64,000 bases of DNA from the NCBI GenBank assembly GCA_000002445.1, contig CM000207.1, positions 448,001-512,000 of the forward strand, in the 5' to 3' direction. Both the position numbers and the translations under genes were made by a program. The number at the start of each line of letters is the position of its first letter. Position 1 is the first letter of the stretch. This document shows, piece after piece, positions 29,523 through 41,275 of the stretch. Source of the DNA: Trypanosoma brucei. Taxonomy: Eukaryota. Under the pieces are notes generated by a model that was not told the DNA's origin, did no database searches, and was given only the letters and a program-made list of their open reading frames with translations.

Positions 29523-32500
29523 TTACTCCGACATTATCTTTTCGTACAGAAAAGCAAACATATCCGCCATTCCCTCATCCACGTCGGGTTTCGCTTGACC
29601 GAACTGTTTGTTCCCCACTTCCTGGCAATCATATGTCTCAGTGAGTTGGGCGGGACGTTGCTCTTCACCTACGCGATGCATAAACGACAAACGGGGTCCT
29701 TCAGACTCAAGTTTGCTACTCAATTTTCCTGACCCCGCTGTGCTGTGAACTGTTAAGGCTCCGTTATCCGCACATGTGAGCTCGGTTGATACACACACCG
29801 CTGAGCACGTACGCCGATGTGGGCAACCAATCGCGGAATGGCGGGGTGCACTACTGGCGCGACCATCGCCAGTTTGTTCCTTCTGGGTTTTTGGATGGCT
29901 ACCATCCCCTCCGGTGGCATGAGAACCAACGGAGGGTGTATGGACAGGCCCATCACAAATTAATGAGGATGCTGAGGTGGACAGCCGAGAAACCACTCGG
30001 GGAAGCTGGCGGTTGCTCCTTTCTTTTTCCTCCTCCCCTTCCCCCAAATTGGCGTCTGCAACCATGGAATGTGGAACAAGCGACAGCTTCTTCGCTAGTA
30101 GCGCCCCTTGGCGCATCCACGGATGGGTGAGCGCCTCACAAAGCTCAAACCGCGTGCGTGGCTGGGGATCTAGGAGAGATTGAACGAATGAGATGGCCAC
30201 TGTGCTGACATTTTCCCAGCGGCTGCTGTTGCACGCCGGCACGCAAAGCTTCTGTTGCCACATCGTCGCCCGAGATGTTCCATTAAAGGGGAAACAGCCA
30301 CTCAAGAGCACATACGTCACAATGCCAACCGCATAAGCATCCAACTTGCGGGCCTCACAGACAGCTATGGTCTTCTGCTTCCACCCCCTCTGCAAAATCC
30401 ACTGCAATATTTCTGGTGGCAAATACCTTTCAGTACCACAAGGTGTGAACGATAAAAGTGTATCATCGTGGTGATGTGAATCATCCTCCAGCAGTGAGGA
30501 AGGTGCAGGACACTCATGATCAGTAAGCGGAACCGACGCACTTCCCTGCGCTCCGGCGATAGCGCGCGTAGGCATGGCACCCTTCGGCTGTCGGTCCTGC
30601 TGTGTCCCATCCTCTTCATCACCCACCAAAAGGGTGGTTGGAATTTTTGCTGTTGAATCACTTGTCGACCCCGCTCGACTGAGGACTGGTGGAGTGTTAT
30701 TTGAAATTGCAACCGGGACCGTTACCCTGTGAGACAACCCCTCGTCGTCTTCTGATTCTTCTTGTTTGCTCTCAAGTGTCCCTTCTCCACCAGCGACATC
30801 ATCCACGCGCCTCGGTTCTTTTTCCACCTTACCACATGAGGCGAAGGATAACTCAGGGAGATTGAAACCCCCACCAACTGCCACAGTGCCACTGCTCTTG
30901 GGACTTCCTTTTCGGATTATGGGCTTCCGTGTGTCGCTCCCCTCTTCCATCTTCTTTTCTACTGAGGGATTTCCAGTGCCGCTACACCTTGACATATGCA
31001 TTGACAGGCCAAAATCGATGAGGGTTACCTTCAACAGCCGTTCCATCTCATCGGTAGCAGTAGAAACGTTGACGGAAACTGGCTCCCACCACCTATAAGA
31101 CGAAGACCGTGCTTTACTGTCCGCAACTTCGGTGCGGTTGCCGCGTTCACACCCATCTCCCGTTCTCTTGGTGTGCTCCTTCTCGGTCCTTCCAGACACA
31201 TCCTCCTCGTTGTGAGTGTGACTTCGGTTTTTCGACCTCGGAGAAGACTCCACACTACCACCCGTTTCCATAGCTTTCCGGATAATACTTATTGATTGAT
31301 CGACTCGGGAAAGCAGTATATTCTCCAGTTTTATGTCTCGATGCAGGACCTCCTTGACATTGTGCAGGTAATTGACCGCTTCCACAAGCTGATAAACTAT
31401 TAACGAAGCATGCGCCTCATTAAGTGGTCCATGCGCGCGAACGTAGCGCAGGGCATCGATATTACCTTTACCCATGTCCATAACAATTGCAAACTCCTCT
31501 GGAGTTTGCAGTGTTCCAATAAGGTGGGAGCATCCGCTGTGCTCGAGAGCAGCGAGGATTGATACCTCTTCTGCGATTCTTTGCAGTTGTCGCCACTCTG
31601 CGTCACTTTCACTTTGTCGAGGATATTTGCCACACGCGCAATGTTGCGCGGAAGTGCTCGAAACCACGTGCCTCCCCATGTCACTTTCCCCCCTTCTCGC
31701 TGCATGGGGCGCAACCTTGTAACGGCCGCCTCGCTCCGAACGCACACGAGGAATTACTTTTATCGCCACAAAGGAATCACTTGGTCCAGCACTACGGTTG
31801 CAGTTGTTTGCCCCACATGAGCGGCCACCGGTTCCTTGAAACAGGGGAACGGCCCGATACACTCGCGAAAAAGCACCACAGTCAATGTAGTCCCTACCTG
31901 GATGAAAAGCATAGAGATCCTGTAAAGAGTCCACTATCTTGCATTCGTGCAGTGCCGATAATACCCCGGCTCCGTTCTTGTTGCTAACAGAGCCGGTCAC
32001 GCCACGGTCTCCGTCCTTGTGCGTGGTGACCGACTTGCTACAAGGACAAATGCCATCATTACACACAGTTTCGCAGTTAGTATAAGTTAAAGCAGGAACG
32101 GAAGCCGCTCGTTGAGGAGCCCGTCCTCTTCTTGTCCGGGACTTTGTCCTCCGGTAGTCCATTTGAGCTCCATAGAAATCCCTTTCGCTGGCAAGCAGAT
32201 ATTGAATTTGTACTGGCCCGTCCACAGACCTCAATGTTTTCTGCACTTCGCTGCAGCATAGGGCACTGGGTTCATCAACCGTGAACACAAGGACCTGAGG
32301 ATGATGAAGTGCAATAGCCGTGCGGCGTGGATGCGCCCGTCTACCATAACAAAGATGTGTGACAGCGGACTCCATAGCGGAATTGGCCCGTCGTCTACGC
32401 AATGAGGGTTGTTGTATTGACTTCGGTATCGGTGACTCACTCGCTTCTGCTGTTGCTGCGTTTTGTGGGAACAAAAGTTCCGCTACCTCCTTTTCCCTTC

Positions 32501-32600
32501 TCCGGCGCCATGGTCTCAGGCGATCCACGACAACAGCTTCTACAGCTGGAAGTGCGTGGAGTGCAGGAAGCATATCATAGAAACCGCTATCCCGTGCCAT
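29523..32600 (-). CDS. Serine/threonine protein kinase with large inserts (~1025 aa)
   Basis: The track start is a TTG at 32669. The first in-frame ATG at 32600-32598 (MARDSGFYDMLP) is preceded by a polyY tract. Gly-loop CGAFSRVYRA, VAIK FVAIKVI, HRD LHRDIKLENILL, DFG DFGLS, APE-like CGTERYLPPEIL, subdomain IX DAYAVGIVTYVLLSGCFPF. Confidence 0.8.
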   Translation of the reverse strand: MARDSGFYDMLPALHALPAVEAVVVDRLRPWRRRREKEVAELLFPQNAATAEASESPIPKSIQQPSLRRRRANSAMESAVTHLCYGRRAHPRRTAIALHHPQVLVFTVDEPSALCCSEVQKTLRSVDGPVQIQYLLASERDFYGAQMDYRRTKSRTRRGRAPQRAASVPALTYTNCETVCNDGICPCSKSVTTHKDGDRGVTGSVSNKNGAGVLSALHECKIVDSLQDLYAFHPGRDYIDCGAFSRVYRAVPLFQGTGGRSCGANNCNRSAGPSDSFVAIKVIPRVRSERGGRYKVAPHAARRGESDMGRHVVSSTSAQHCACGKYPRQSESDAEWRQLQRIAEEVSILAALEHSGCSHLIGTLQTPEEFAIVMDMGKGNIDALRYVRAHGPLNEAHASLIVYQLVEAVNYLHNVKEVLHRDIKLENILLSRVDQSISIIRKAMETGGSVESSPRSKNRSHTHNEEDVSGRTEKEHTKRTGDGCERGNRTEVADSKARSSSYRWWEPVSVNVSTATDEMERLLKVTLIDFGLSMHMSRCSGTGNPSVEKKMEEGSDTRKPIIRKGSPKSSGTVAVGGGFNLPELSFASCGKVEKEPRRVDDVAGGEGTLESKQEESEDDEGLSHRVTVPVAISNNTPPVLSRAGSTSDSTAKIPTTLLVGDEEDGTQQDRQPKGAMPTRAIAGAQGSASVPLTDHECPAPSSLLEDDSHHHDDTLLSFTPCGTERYLPPEILQWILQRGWKQKTIAVCEARKLDAYAVGIVTYVLLSGCFPFNGTSRATMWQQKLCVPACNSSRWENVSTVAISFVQSLLDPQPRTRFELCEALTHPWMRQGALLAKKLSLVPHSMVADANLGEGEEEKERSNRQLPRVVSRLSTSASSLICDGPVHTPSVGSHATGGDGSHPKTQKEQTGDGRASSAPRHSAIGCPHRRTCSAVCVSTELTCADNGALTVHSTAGSGKLSSKLESEGPRLSFMHRVGEEQRPAQLTETYDCQEVGNKQFGQAKPDVDEGMADMFAFLYEKIMSE

Positions 32601-33458
32601 ATCTAACTCCTTCCCCCAGTCGAAAAACAAAAAAAAAAAAAGAAAAAAATCAATCCCCGTACTGCACAAACTAAACTTTCGTACTGTATTTCTGTGCCCA
32701 CTTACTTGTCCCTAACGGAAGTACTGATTTTCGTTTTCGAGAATCCTTTTTCTAACAGTTCTTCTTCAAGCTCCTTTCCCCTGTATTTTTTGTTGTTGCG
32801 AAGGGAGGGGAGCTGAGGGAACAAAACAAAGAGAAGTACCAAAAGAGTCTTTGCATTTGGGAGAGCAAATATCCCTTTTCCTGCAGGTAGGGGTAGACGT
32901 AGAGGAAATACAAATACCAACAGTGATGTGGGTCCTCCAACACAAACTTGAAGCACAAAAAGGCACCCACGCAATTCCAAATCCATTGTATTCTTGGTAG
33001 GGAGTTGTCCAAGAAGTTCAAAAACATACACAAAAACACACGCCAGCAAACGTAAGACGAACAAGGAGGGAAATGGGGTTCACACCTTGGTTTGTTTTTT
33101 TTTCTTTTACCCAACGTCCCCACCATTCGTCTTTTCCCCCTTGTCATAATCACATGCCAATGACTGCGGCCACCCCTATATCTTCCTTTCGTCCATATTT
33201 GCACTCACCCTTTAGTTTATTTCTTTCTCCCTTAGAGTCATGTCTCCTTCCTCTCTCTCTCTCTTTCTCTCTTCTTTTCTTTTCTTTTTTTTTCTTACTC
33301 CCCTCTTCCACCCATTCAACTCTCCGCCATGCCTCGTCCCGTGCACACCTTTTTTGCGGTCCACTTCCTTTTTCCCCTTCAACAAATCCGCCACCCGCCA
33401 CCGTTCCACTTATTTCACCTCTTATTTTTTTTTCTTCCTTTTACCCAAAAAATGTTTA

Positions 33459-34088
33459 TTACATACGCCGCACCGCAGGGGCATCGTAGAGCCCATTCAC
33501 TTCCCATTGTGGAACTAATATATCGCTCACCATAAACGATAGCGGCACTGGCGGCTGAAGCGGTTGCCCAACTGTTTCTTCAATAGCCCGCTCAATGGCT
33601 GATTCGTTCAAATCCAGTGGGTTGACAGGCGGGAGCGGGAACCGGCGATGCTGCGACCCTCCGCTACGCCAGGAGGATTGAAGGGCTAAAAAATAGCTTT
33701 TACCAACAGGTAATCCTTCTCCCCACAATTCGCGTGTATCATCGCCATGAATAACACCGGAGGTGCGGTTAGCGGGAAATGGGACGCCAGCACATGTGAG
33801 TGGGACATGCGGCGATGTGGACAACACGCCGCTGCTTTGATTATGGCGGCCCACCTGCCACTCACGTGCAAGCTCCGATTCCTTTACGGAAAGCCATGAA
33901 CGTCGCAACATCGAGGCTTCACCAAACGGTATCGGTAACGGTACTACTCCTGCGCATTCAGTTGGAACAGTTATATTTGGCATGTGTTTTCCTCCTGATG
34001 TGGCTGAACGGTGCTCTGACGCCCCCGGGTCCTTTTCGGTATTATTGGTATAATTGCAGATGCCGGGGGAGGAGCCTCGCTGACCCAT
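33459..34088 (-). CDS. Hypothetical protein (209 aa), no recognisable domain
   Basis: The track ORF starts at a GTG (34175). The first in-frame ATG is at 34088-34086. Same strand as neighbours but no motif support. Confidence 0.25.
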   Translation of the reverse strand: MGQRGSSPGICNYTNNTEKDPGASEHRSATSGGKHMPNITVPTECAGVVPLPIPFGEASMLRRSWLSVKESELAREWQVGRHNQSSGVLSTSPHVPLTCAGVPFPANRTSGVIHGDDTRELWGEGLPVGKSYFLALQSSWRSGGSQHRRFPLPPVNPLDLNESAIERAIEETVGQPLQPPVPLSFMVSDILVPQWEVNGLYDAPAVRRM

Positions 34089-34220
34089 CAATGGGGAAAC
34101 GCCACCGGGCAGCGCCAGTGTCGATAAATGCCCCACGCGCCCTTCACCTTCCCTTCGCCTCCTCGTTTTTGCCACACAATCAAATCCTCACGAACCTTAC
34201 TAATATATGTATCTATCTTA

Positions 34221-34275
34221 ATATATATATATATATATGTGTGTGTATATGTATGTGTATGTATGTGTATGTGTT
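34221..34275. repeat. (TA)n then (GT/GTAT)n compound microsatellite
   Basis: Direct read; sits in a 2.6-kb ORF-free AT-rich tract. Confidence 0.85.
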
Positions 34276-34688
34276 TGTGAGTACTTATCCTTATTTGCTT
34301 TTTTTTTCTTTTGCTTGCTTGTGTGCTATCCCCTCCTTTATCCTGGTGCTCCTTTTCTTGCGCAGCCCTCCCCTTTCTCCTTCCTTCTTTGCCTTTAAGT
34401 TGTCGTATAACTACAAATACCCTTTTCTTTCTTCTACCCCTCTAGAAGGGATTAAAAATATGAATTAAGTTGTGTCTTCACCACTTGCGTAAGTGTGGTA
34501 TTGTTTCCTCTGCCGCTTCAAATTTTTTTAAGGAGGGGGAGGGAAAAAAAAAATCTCAACAACTGCAGTTCCTTTTCCTCTTCTTCACTTGACGTAAAGA
34601 TGGTCACGTGATTAAGATTCCGTGGGTACACGTTGCTGAAACTTCTCTCTTCTTCCTTTCACTAATGATGTGTCCGGCTTTTTTTTTC

Positions 34689-34691
<3 letters not shown>

Positions 34692-34726
<35 letters not shown>
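34692..34726. repeat. (TA)n microsatellite, ~17 units
   Basis: Direct read; intergenic. Confidence 0.9.
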
Positions 34727-34728
<2 letters not shown>

Positions 34729-36755
34729 TAAAAAGAAAAACTTTTATTCGACTACTACTACTTCTCCTGCTGCAGCGTGTGTCGCTTTCTTCGGTTTTAT
34801 TGTTTATTTATTTTGAAACTTCTCGCCCTTGCGAACAGAGACGACACAACACTTTGAAAAACCAGATGAGAGATTAAAAAGAAAAAAAATTGAAAAAGTA
34901 AGAGACACCCTTTCCCCTCTTGTTTCTCTTCCTTCCCTCTTTCTACTTTACAATAAAAAAAAGGGTAAAATAATAATAATAATGTATCAAATATTTATTT
35001 ATTTTATCCTCTTTCCCTTGGCGTTATCCTCCTCTTTTACGGCTGCTCAAGAAGATTAAAAGGAAAAAAAAAAACAGATGCTGATAGATTTTTTTCTGTT
35101 TTTTTTGTCTTCATACTGATAGAATATTAATATTAAAACAGTAATGGTCACACAATCATTTATCATACGAAATATTATGGAATAGTTGCGGCAACGCACG
35201 CTTAAGCAGCAATGAGGAGAAAAAAGAAAATTTTATTTTTTATTTCGTTTTAAAGCATTTTTTTTAAAAAAAAGGAAAAACAACAGAACCCAAACAATTT
35301 TGAGCTATCGCCTCACCGTAGCAAGGGTGAAAGAATAATAAAAATAATAGTAATGGCAACCAGAAACTAAAAGTAAAAAAAAAAAAAGAAAAATGACATA
35401 TTCCTCTCCTTCCCACCTTTTCACTCGCCCAAACCCCTTTTTTTTTCTTTCGGTTAAGTGCGAGCAAACCGCTCGTCACCAACAGGAAGCGAAAAGGGTC
35501 AAAAAAGAAAACAAAAACAAAAATCGTCCAGACGCGCAAACGAAGCAGTTGAACGAAATTGTTGGAGGAAGGAAGGAATGAAGGGGGAAAAAAAAAGAAA
35601 GAAAAAAACATTAAACAAGTGGTGCTCACAGTGTAGAGAGTACATCAACTTTAAAATAGGAAAATAATTTAAAGAAACTGAAGGCAAACAACCCAATGGG
35701 TTAAGCTCAAACAAAATACAAATATTCTTGCGTTTCCCATACACCGTAGTTTATTTATTTTTTTTTTGTCATTTTGAAAAAAAATTATATCCCTTCCTCC
35801 TTTCTCTTTTCTCTGTTTCTCGTGTTTTTACTTGCTTGATTTTGTTTCCCTTTCACTCTTATTCCACTTTCTTGCGTTCCCTCAGGTGATGAAAGGAAGA
35901 ATTTATCTTTTGTTTATTTTTATATTTGCTTTAGAGGGGAAGAGAAATAAGCAAGGGCCGGGTGTGTGAGAGGGGGAAAAAAAACATAACAAAAATAAAA
36001 ACAATTGGATTTTAGTTGAGGGCACAAAAGTAAGTAAAAACATAAATTTTGATGAAACATAAGTTTATTCTCTATATATTCATTCGAATTTTTACAGAAG
36101 TTGTGTATGAACACACATGAATATTTATATAAATTAATTATGAAAATGTGAGGCAGGATGGAGTGAACGGTGAGCACCGCCTATCCATCCAAGTAGAGGG
36201 GGGAAAATATGCGTAAAAAACATATATTAATTTTTTTTTTTTACTACGTCACCCTTTCTTCATTATCATTCCTCACGCGCCGCCAAGCACAGTCAAAACA
36301 ACAAACAAGCATACACACCAAAACATGAACAATCAAACGAGTACATAAAAGTATATATATATGCCTGCCCACGTTTGTACTTACGGCTGATTAAACGTAT
36401 ATAAGTAGATACAAACACACACACGTACATATACATATATGTAGTAGTTGGAACATTCATTTCATATTCATATGCACGTGTATGATTTGCTCACCCCGGT
36501 TTCCACCTCCCTGTTTTTTTTTCCTTTCCTAGTGCTTACTTAACTCGCACACACACTCTCTTTCCACTCCACATCCCCTTCTATAATCAGAAACAAAAGA
36601 AAGGAAAAGAAAAGCAAAACAGTTCATATCCGTTCAGACAGTCATCAAGATGAGTAATGGGCACAGAGAGCTAACTGAGCCTTTACTCGAGCACGACGGT
36701 ACACAGACATTAGGGCAGACAAAAGAAAAACCAGAAGAGAATATAAACACACATT

Positions 36756-38990
36756 TCACGCCTTCGTGTATAAGGCCAGTGGTAACCGCCGTAACAAACG
36801 CTGAAGCAGCAGCTCGTGGAGCATCACGCGCCGAAGTGCCGTCACATCCTCTTGCGTGAAGGTTAAAGCGACGCCGTTGACAACACACCACGCCACGTGA
36901 CACACAAAAACACCACAATCAGACGAATTCTGCTGTTGAGGTGCGACATCAAACCAACCATTTGTCGCGTCGTAACCGCAGCAGCTTCCAACTGGTGTGG
37001 CTACAGTCAACCTTCGTTGATCAGCAGCACCATTCACACGCGGTTGATAGCCTCTTTCAGCCTTAACGGTATGATTGCTATTAGCATCGTCACTATCACA
37101 CAAAATACGCCGCGCTTCCTCAAATGTGTGGTGAAGCGCCCCAAGCACAGTACTTCCCTGTGGCACAGGGGCATTTCCGTACAGCAAACTGTCGTAATAT
37201 GTCCATCTGTTTCGTTCCCAATCAAGTACGGCAAGTGTCCAGTGCGACTGCCACAAGTTGACAGGCACAAGCACAATGCGGGTGGTACCCGATTGCAAGA
37301 TATGCCGACGCCTTTTCAGCCAACGGAGGACACCACTGTTTTGCTCAAGAGTTGGGAATCCGCCCGACGAGGGGTTCAAACCGGCATTTCCTATTCGCAT
37401 CTCTTGCTGTACTTTGGCATAGAAATGTGTCCCCATAGACACCGCAGCTTCACAGCCAGCCCTCACATTATACTCGTCACAAATTAGTCCCAGGTAGGCG
37501 TTGATAATTTGGTCGTTTAACCACACGCCTGGTGCCAATGTCGACAACTGCCGGTACGTTATTGCTATTCCGCTCTTGAGTGACACAGCAACCCTCTCCT
37601 GCTCACCAGAGTTCTGAGATCGCGAGCTGTCCCATTTGCCCGTCGTTAGAGTTGTCTCAAAAACAGCTCTATCATCCTCGTCCTCGGCAAGCTCACATAT
37701 ATATGCAGCCTTTCCACATTCGATGTGGCGACGTATGCCATGTGAAAGCGCCTTTGTCGCAACTAAACTTTTCGAAGTTGGTTCCACTTTGGCGACAAGA
37801 GCGCGCATGACATACGACTCCAGAGCTCGTTGAGCCATATGATTAAAGAAATTTATGCACTTTCTTGCCTCTACCTCAACAGCACTCCTCACAAAGTCGC
37901 CCAGTACGATCTCATAAATGTAACGCACCTTCCTGTCGACATCTGTGTCAACGGCGCGCAAAAGAGTTTCGTTACTGTCGTTAAGAGCGCTGTACTGCTG
38001 CGGCCAGCGTGGGTAAAGGTGTTGGCGTTTTTCCTCTGCATTCATTGTGACCGAAGTGATGCTGCCTCCCTTGCTGTCACCACGGAGTTTCCCTTCGACG
38101 TCACGAAGGCAAGCGGCAAGTTTATCACCCCTTTTGTCTCGGATGCACCGACCAACATCCGCGCCGTAGTTTTCGGCAGCATCACGGCACTGCCGCTTAA
38201 AGCTCGCCGCGGCTGCGCTCAAATGTTGTTCTCTCACCTGTTTAGGCCTTTTCGGTGCCTCCTTTCCCGATGTGGGAAGAAGTTGATTGTTAGTGCGCTC
38301 CATTATAAACCGGTCCCCACGGTCGTGCACCGGCTCACACATCAGAGACATTGGCTTTTCCCACTCAGAGAGGTACGGTGATGTGAACCGTTGCCGCACA
38401 TGACCAACAGAGTGGGTGCTCAGCTGCTCAACGGAATAGTGCTCGCTGCCCTCTATTTGTGCATCGGGAAGGCGATATGTTGCCCTCGCAGCAGGCTGTG
38501 AGATCTTCAGCTTTTGCCATTGCCGTTCCTTTTCACTCTCTGTGGTGATTTCCTGGGAATTATTGGGTGTAGTCCACGCAGCATCGCGTTCCAGTGGCGA
38601 TAGTGAGTCGTCTGCCACGCTCATCGAGAGCGGAGTGTCCCGTTTATCCTCTGACAAGATGCACCGGAGCAAGCTTTCCATTCCTTTTGCGATAACACTC
38701 GTTCCCATATGCCTGCTACTTTTTCCTTTCAGTCGTTTATGGGCACAAAGATGCCCAGATGGATATACATCACCAGCAGCGTCGTTAGCAGTGGCACGGG
38801 ATTGCTGCTGAGGTGGGGGCGAAGGAGTAACGCTTCTGCTGCCCGCTTCATTTGCCGGTCGCTGGCCCAGCGGAGGCGTGCAGGGATTCGTTCCAGCCTC
38901 ACACGTCTCTTCTGAAGTTGTCGGGGCCCTGCGTGAGCGGTGTAAAGATGGCAATATCCATCCAGCGGCATTTAAAAGGATATCTGCCAT
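36756..38990 (-). CDS. Ulp1/SENP-family SUMO-specific cysteine protease (C48 peptidase)
   Basis: ATG verified at 38990-38988. C-terminal catalytic domain with the His/Asp/Cys arrangement LVPVNLWQSHWTLAVLDWERNRWTYYDSL ... QQNSSDCGVFVCHVAW (H-x-D ... Q-x-x-x-DCG). Long non-conserved N-terminal region. Confidence 0.8.
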   Translation of the reverse strand: MADILLNAAGWILPSLHRSRRAPTTSEETCEAGTNPCTPPLGQRPANEAGSRSVTPSPPPQQQSRATANDAAGDVYPSGHLCAHKRLKGKSSRHMGTSVIAKGMESLLRCILSEDKRDTPLSMSVADDSLSPLERDAAWTTPNNSQEITTESEKERQWQKLKISQPAARATYRLPDAQIEGSEHYSVEQLSTHSVGHVRQRFTSPYLSEWEKPMSLMCEPVHDRGDRFIMERTNNQLLPTSGKEAPKRPKQVREQHLSAAAASFKRQCRDAAENYGADVGRCIRDKRGDKLAACLRDVEGKLRGDSKGGSITSVTMNAEEKRQHLYPRWPQQYSALNDSNETLLRAVDTDVDRKVRYIYEIVLGDFVRSAVEVEARKCINFFNHMAQRALESYVMRALVAKVEPTSKSLVATKALSHGIRRHIECGKAAYICELAEDEDDRAVFETTLTTGKWDSSRSQNSGEQERVAVSLKSGIAITYRQLSTLAPGVWLNDQIINAYLGLICDEYNVRAGCEAAVSMGTHFYAKVQQEMRIGNAGLNPSSGGFPTLEQNSGVLRWLKRRRHILQSGTTRIVLVPVNLWQSHWTLAVLDWERNRWTYYDSLLYGNAPVPQGSTVLGALHHTFEEARRILCDSDDANSNHTVKAERGYQPRVNGAADQRRLTVATPVGSCCGYDATNGWFDVAPQQQNSSDCGVFVCHVAWCVVNGVALTFTQEDVTALRRVMLHELLLQRLLRRLPLALYTKA

Positions 38991-39847
38991 TTTATGGTCA
39001 CAAAATATGTCAGATAACGAAAAGGTAAATAAATAAATAAATAGCCGCTTCTACACCGTTTCCACAATTTGCACTACTACTTCGACCTGTGCTATCAGTT
39101 TCCGCAATGTTGAGGAGACTGCTACCCCACAGATGACCTACCGAACGGAAAGAAGTGGTGGAGAAATAAAGATGAACGAAACGTTTTAAATGAATCCCAA
39201 AATGCGGCACCACGACATGTAGCAATAATTGAGGCATATGTGTTCAACCCCCTCCTCCATTCCCCCTGCGGAGATTTACTCTGGTGAACTGAAAATAACA
39301 AATGAGACAAACACAGGAAAGTATCAAAAACATGGGTGGCAACAGGCACTTATCTCCCTTTTCCTTCGCTTTGGGGTCCCATGCACGCATTCACGCTAAA
39401 CAACAAAAACACCTACCCTACGCGTATACATATACAAAAAAAAGAAAAGCGAGAATGAGGGGTGCGGCGACTGACTGCGCCACCAGCGCACTGCCATTGC
39501 CACGGAAGTGTTTAAGAGAATGGAGCTTAATAAATTTTGCGGAAGAGCGAAGTAGGAACTATCGCGACCCACTCGCACTAAGCTCTTCGCTGTTACTCCC
39601 CTTTCCGACACCTTCGCTTGCCGCTTAGCGTTAAAATTCTCCGTATACAGAAGACCCAAACCACATTCCGATTTCCCTCTCTCTCTCTCTCGTACTCATG
39701 TCGATTCACAGATATGTTTCCCTCACTTCAAAAACGGAAAACCTTTTAGATTGAAGGTGCAACGTACAATCAAACTAGTTAAACGCTTATTCTTCATGAC
39801 GGTAACAGTAATGATAACAATAGTTTCTCGGACAATCAGGAGGTTTG

Positions 39848-39850
<3 letters not shown>

Positions 39851-39879
<29 letters not shown>
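39851..39879. repeat. (TA)n microsatellite, ~14 units
   Basis: Direct read; intergenic upstream of the SENP gene. Confidence 0.9.
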
Positions 39880-39881
<2 letters not shown>

Positions 39882-41275
39882 TTCCATAAACATAAAGCAA
39901 ACTATGAAATAAAAAGTGAAAAGTAAATGGAGGGAATAGCAAAAGCAACCTGCACCCACACCCTCACTAATGTTAAGTTGCATCATCGAGCAATATGACA
40001 CATCACCTTGCCCTTCTTTTCCCTCCCTTTTAGTAACCTGTGAAGTGAAGTTGCGGTCCGTCAAACTTTTCCCCCCCACCCATCACATTCATCCCTTACG
40101 CGACAACAAGGGCTAAAAAACAAAAAGGGAACTATAGCTAAAATGTGGCTACCTCCACATTTGCACAGACACAAACACACACGTGCACACGCACACATTG
40201 GGTAACACGCAACCGAGAAAACGGCATAAAAAGAAATAACTCAGTACATAAAAAACCACAAGTGACATAAAGCAAACAATCAAAATTACAAATACACAGG
40301 TGCATATCACACGGGTGTATCCGCGTATGTTGCCCTTATATTCAACACAATGCGCGTCAACAATCCTCTCGTCTCATGCAGGAAGCGGCACTGGTGTGTA
40401 AACATATCCGCCCCATACTCCCTCCTCAGTAAACGAGCGTGAGGAGGAATGGTCAATACATCTCGGATGAACACACATCAGCGTCCCCCACATATGCCTC
40501 GACAGAGGAACACAAGTTTTTAAGTGTATGTAAACTATTGCATACATCACTTTACAGTTTCAAACAGTCAAGTGTATCACATGAGCGCACCATTCGAGAA
40601 ACCCCTCATCCCTCACTTGCCCTAAAGGGCATAAAGAATTGTGAAGGATGAAGAACTAGCAGACAGTAAGAAACGCACAGAGAGAAGTTTTGCGACCACC
40701 TCAACGTCATGTTTGCCGCATTTATAACAAGCACCATTGGATACAGCAGATCACACCTTCACTGCCAACCAATGCGCCGTGTGATGCAATGCGTTTGTAT
40801 GTATGTATGTGCACTTATGTAAGGGAAAAGAAGGAACATAATAATAAGTTGCAAAGAGAGAACATATGTCGCCCGTCACATCCAGGTGTTGCAGGAGGTC
40901 GGTACCACCCACTACAGGAAAACGAAGAGAACATTGGCATAAAACATGGCAACGGTAAAAGTCAAACAAACAAACAAAAAGAAAAGAAAAAAGAAAAATA
41001 AAAGGCGATCGACCAAAAGTACCCTTTCCCCACCATAACTCGTCCTTGTGGCAATCCTCTGGACAGGGCTGACTAGCGCACGTCGCATGCCGACAAGAGA
41101 TAAGAAGGGTGAAGGATCTGGGAGGGAAGAAAGTAAGAAAGAAAAAAAAGAAAGGCCGTTGTGAGGATGTAGAAAAACTCAGGTATCACAGTTGCGGACA
41201 CATTTTCATCTTGTTTTCACAGTACCAACTGTGACAGCGCCTGCACATCAGTCCACCTTCAGCCACTGCTTTGCA

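Noticed and set aside
33150-33409. K/E/R-rich small ORFs (KKKKEKKRREKERERGRR) and neighbouring S/F/L-rich plus-strand ORFs
   Set aside because: They are translations of purine-rich and pyrimidine-rich low-complexity intergenic DNA on both strands. There is no coding periodicity and the strand is wrong.
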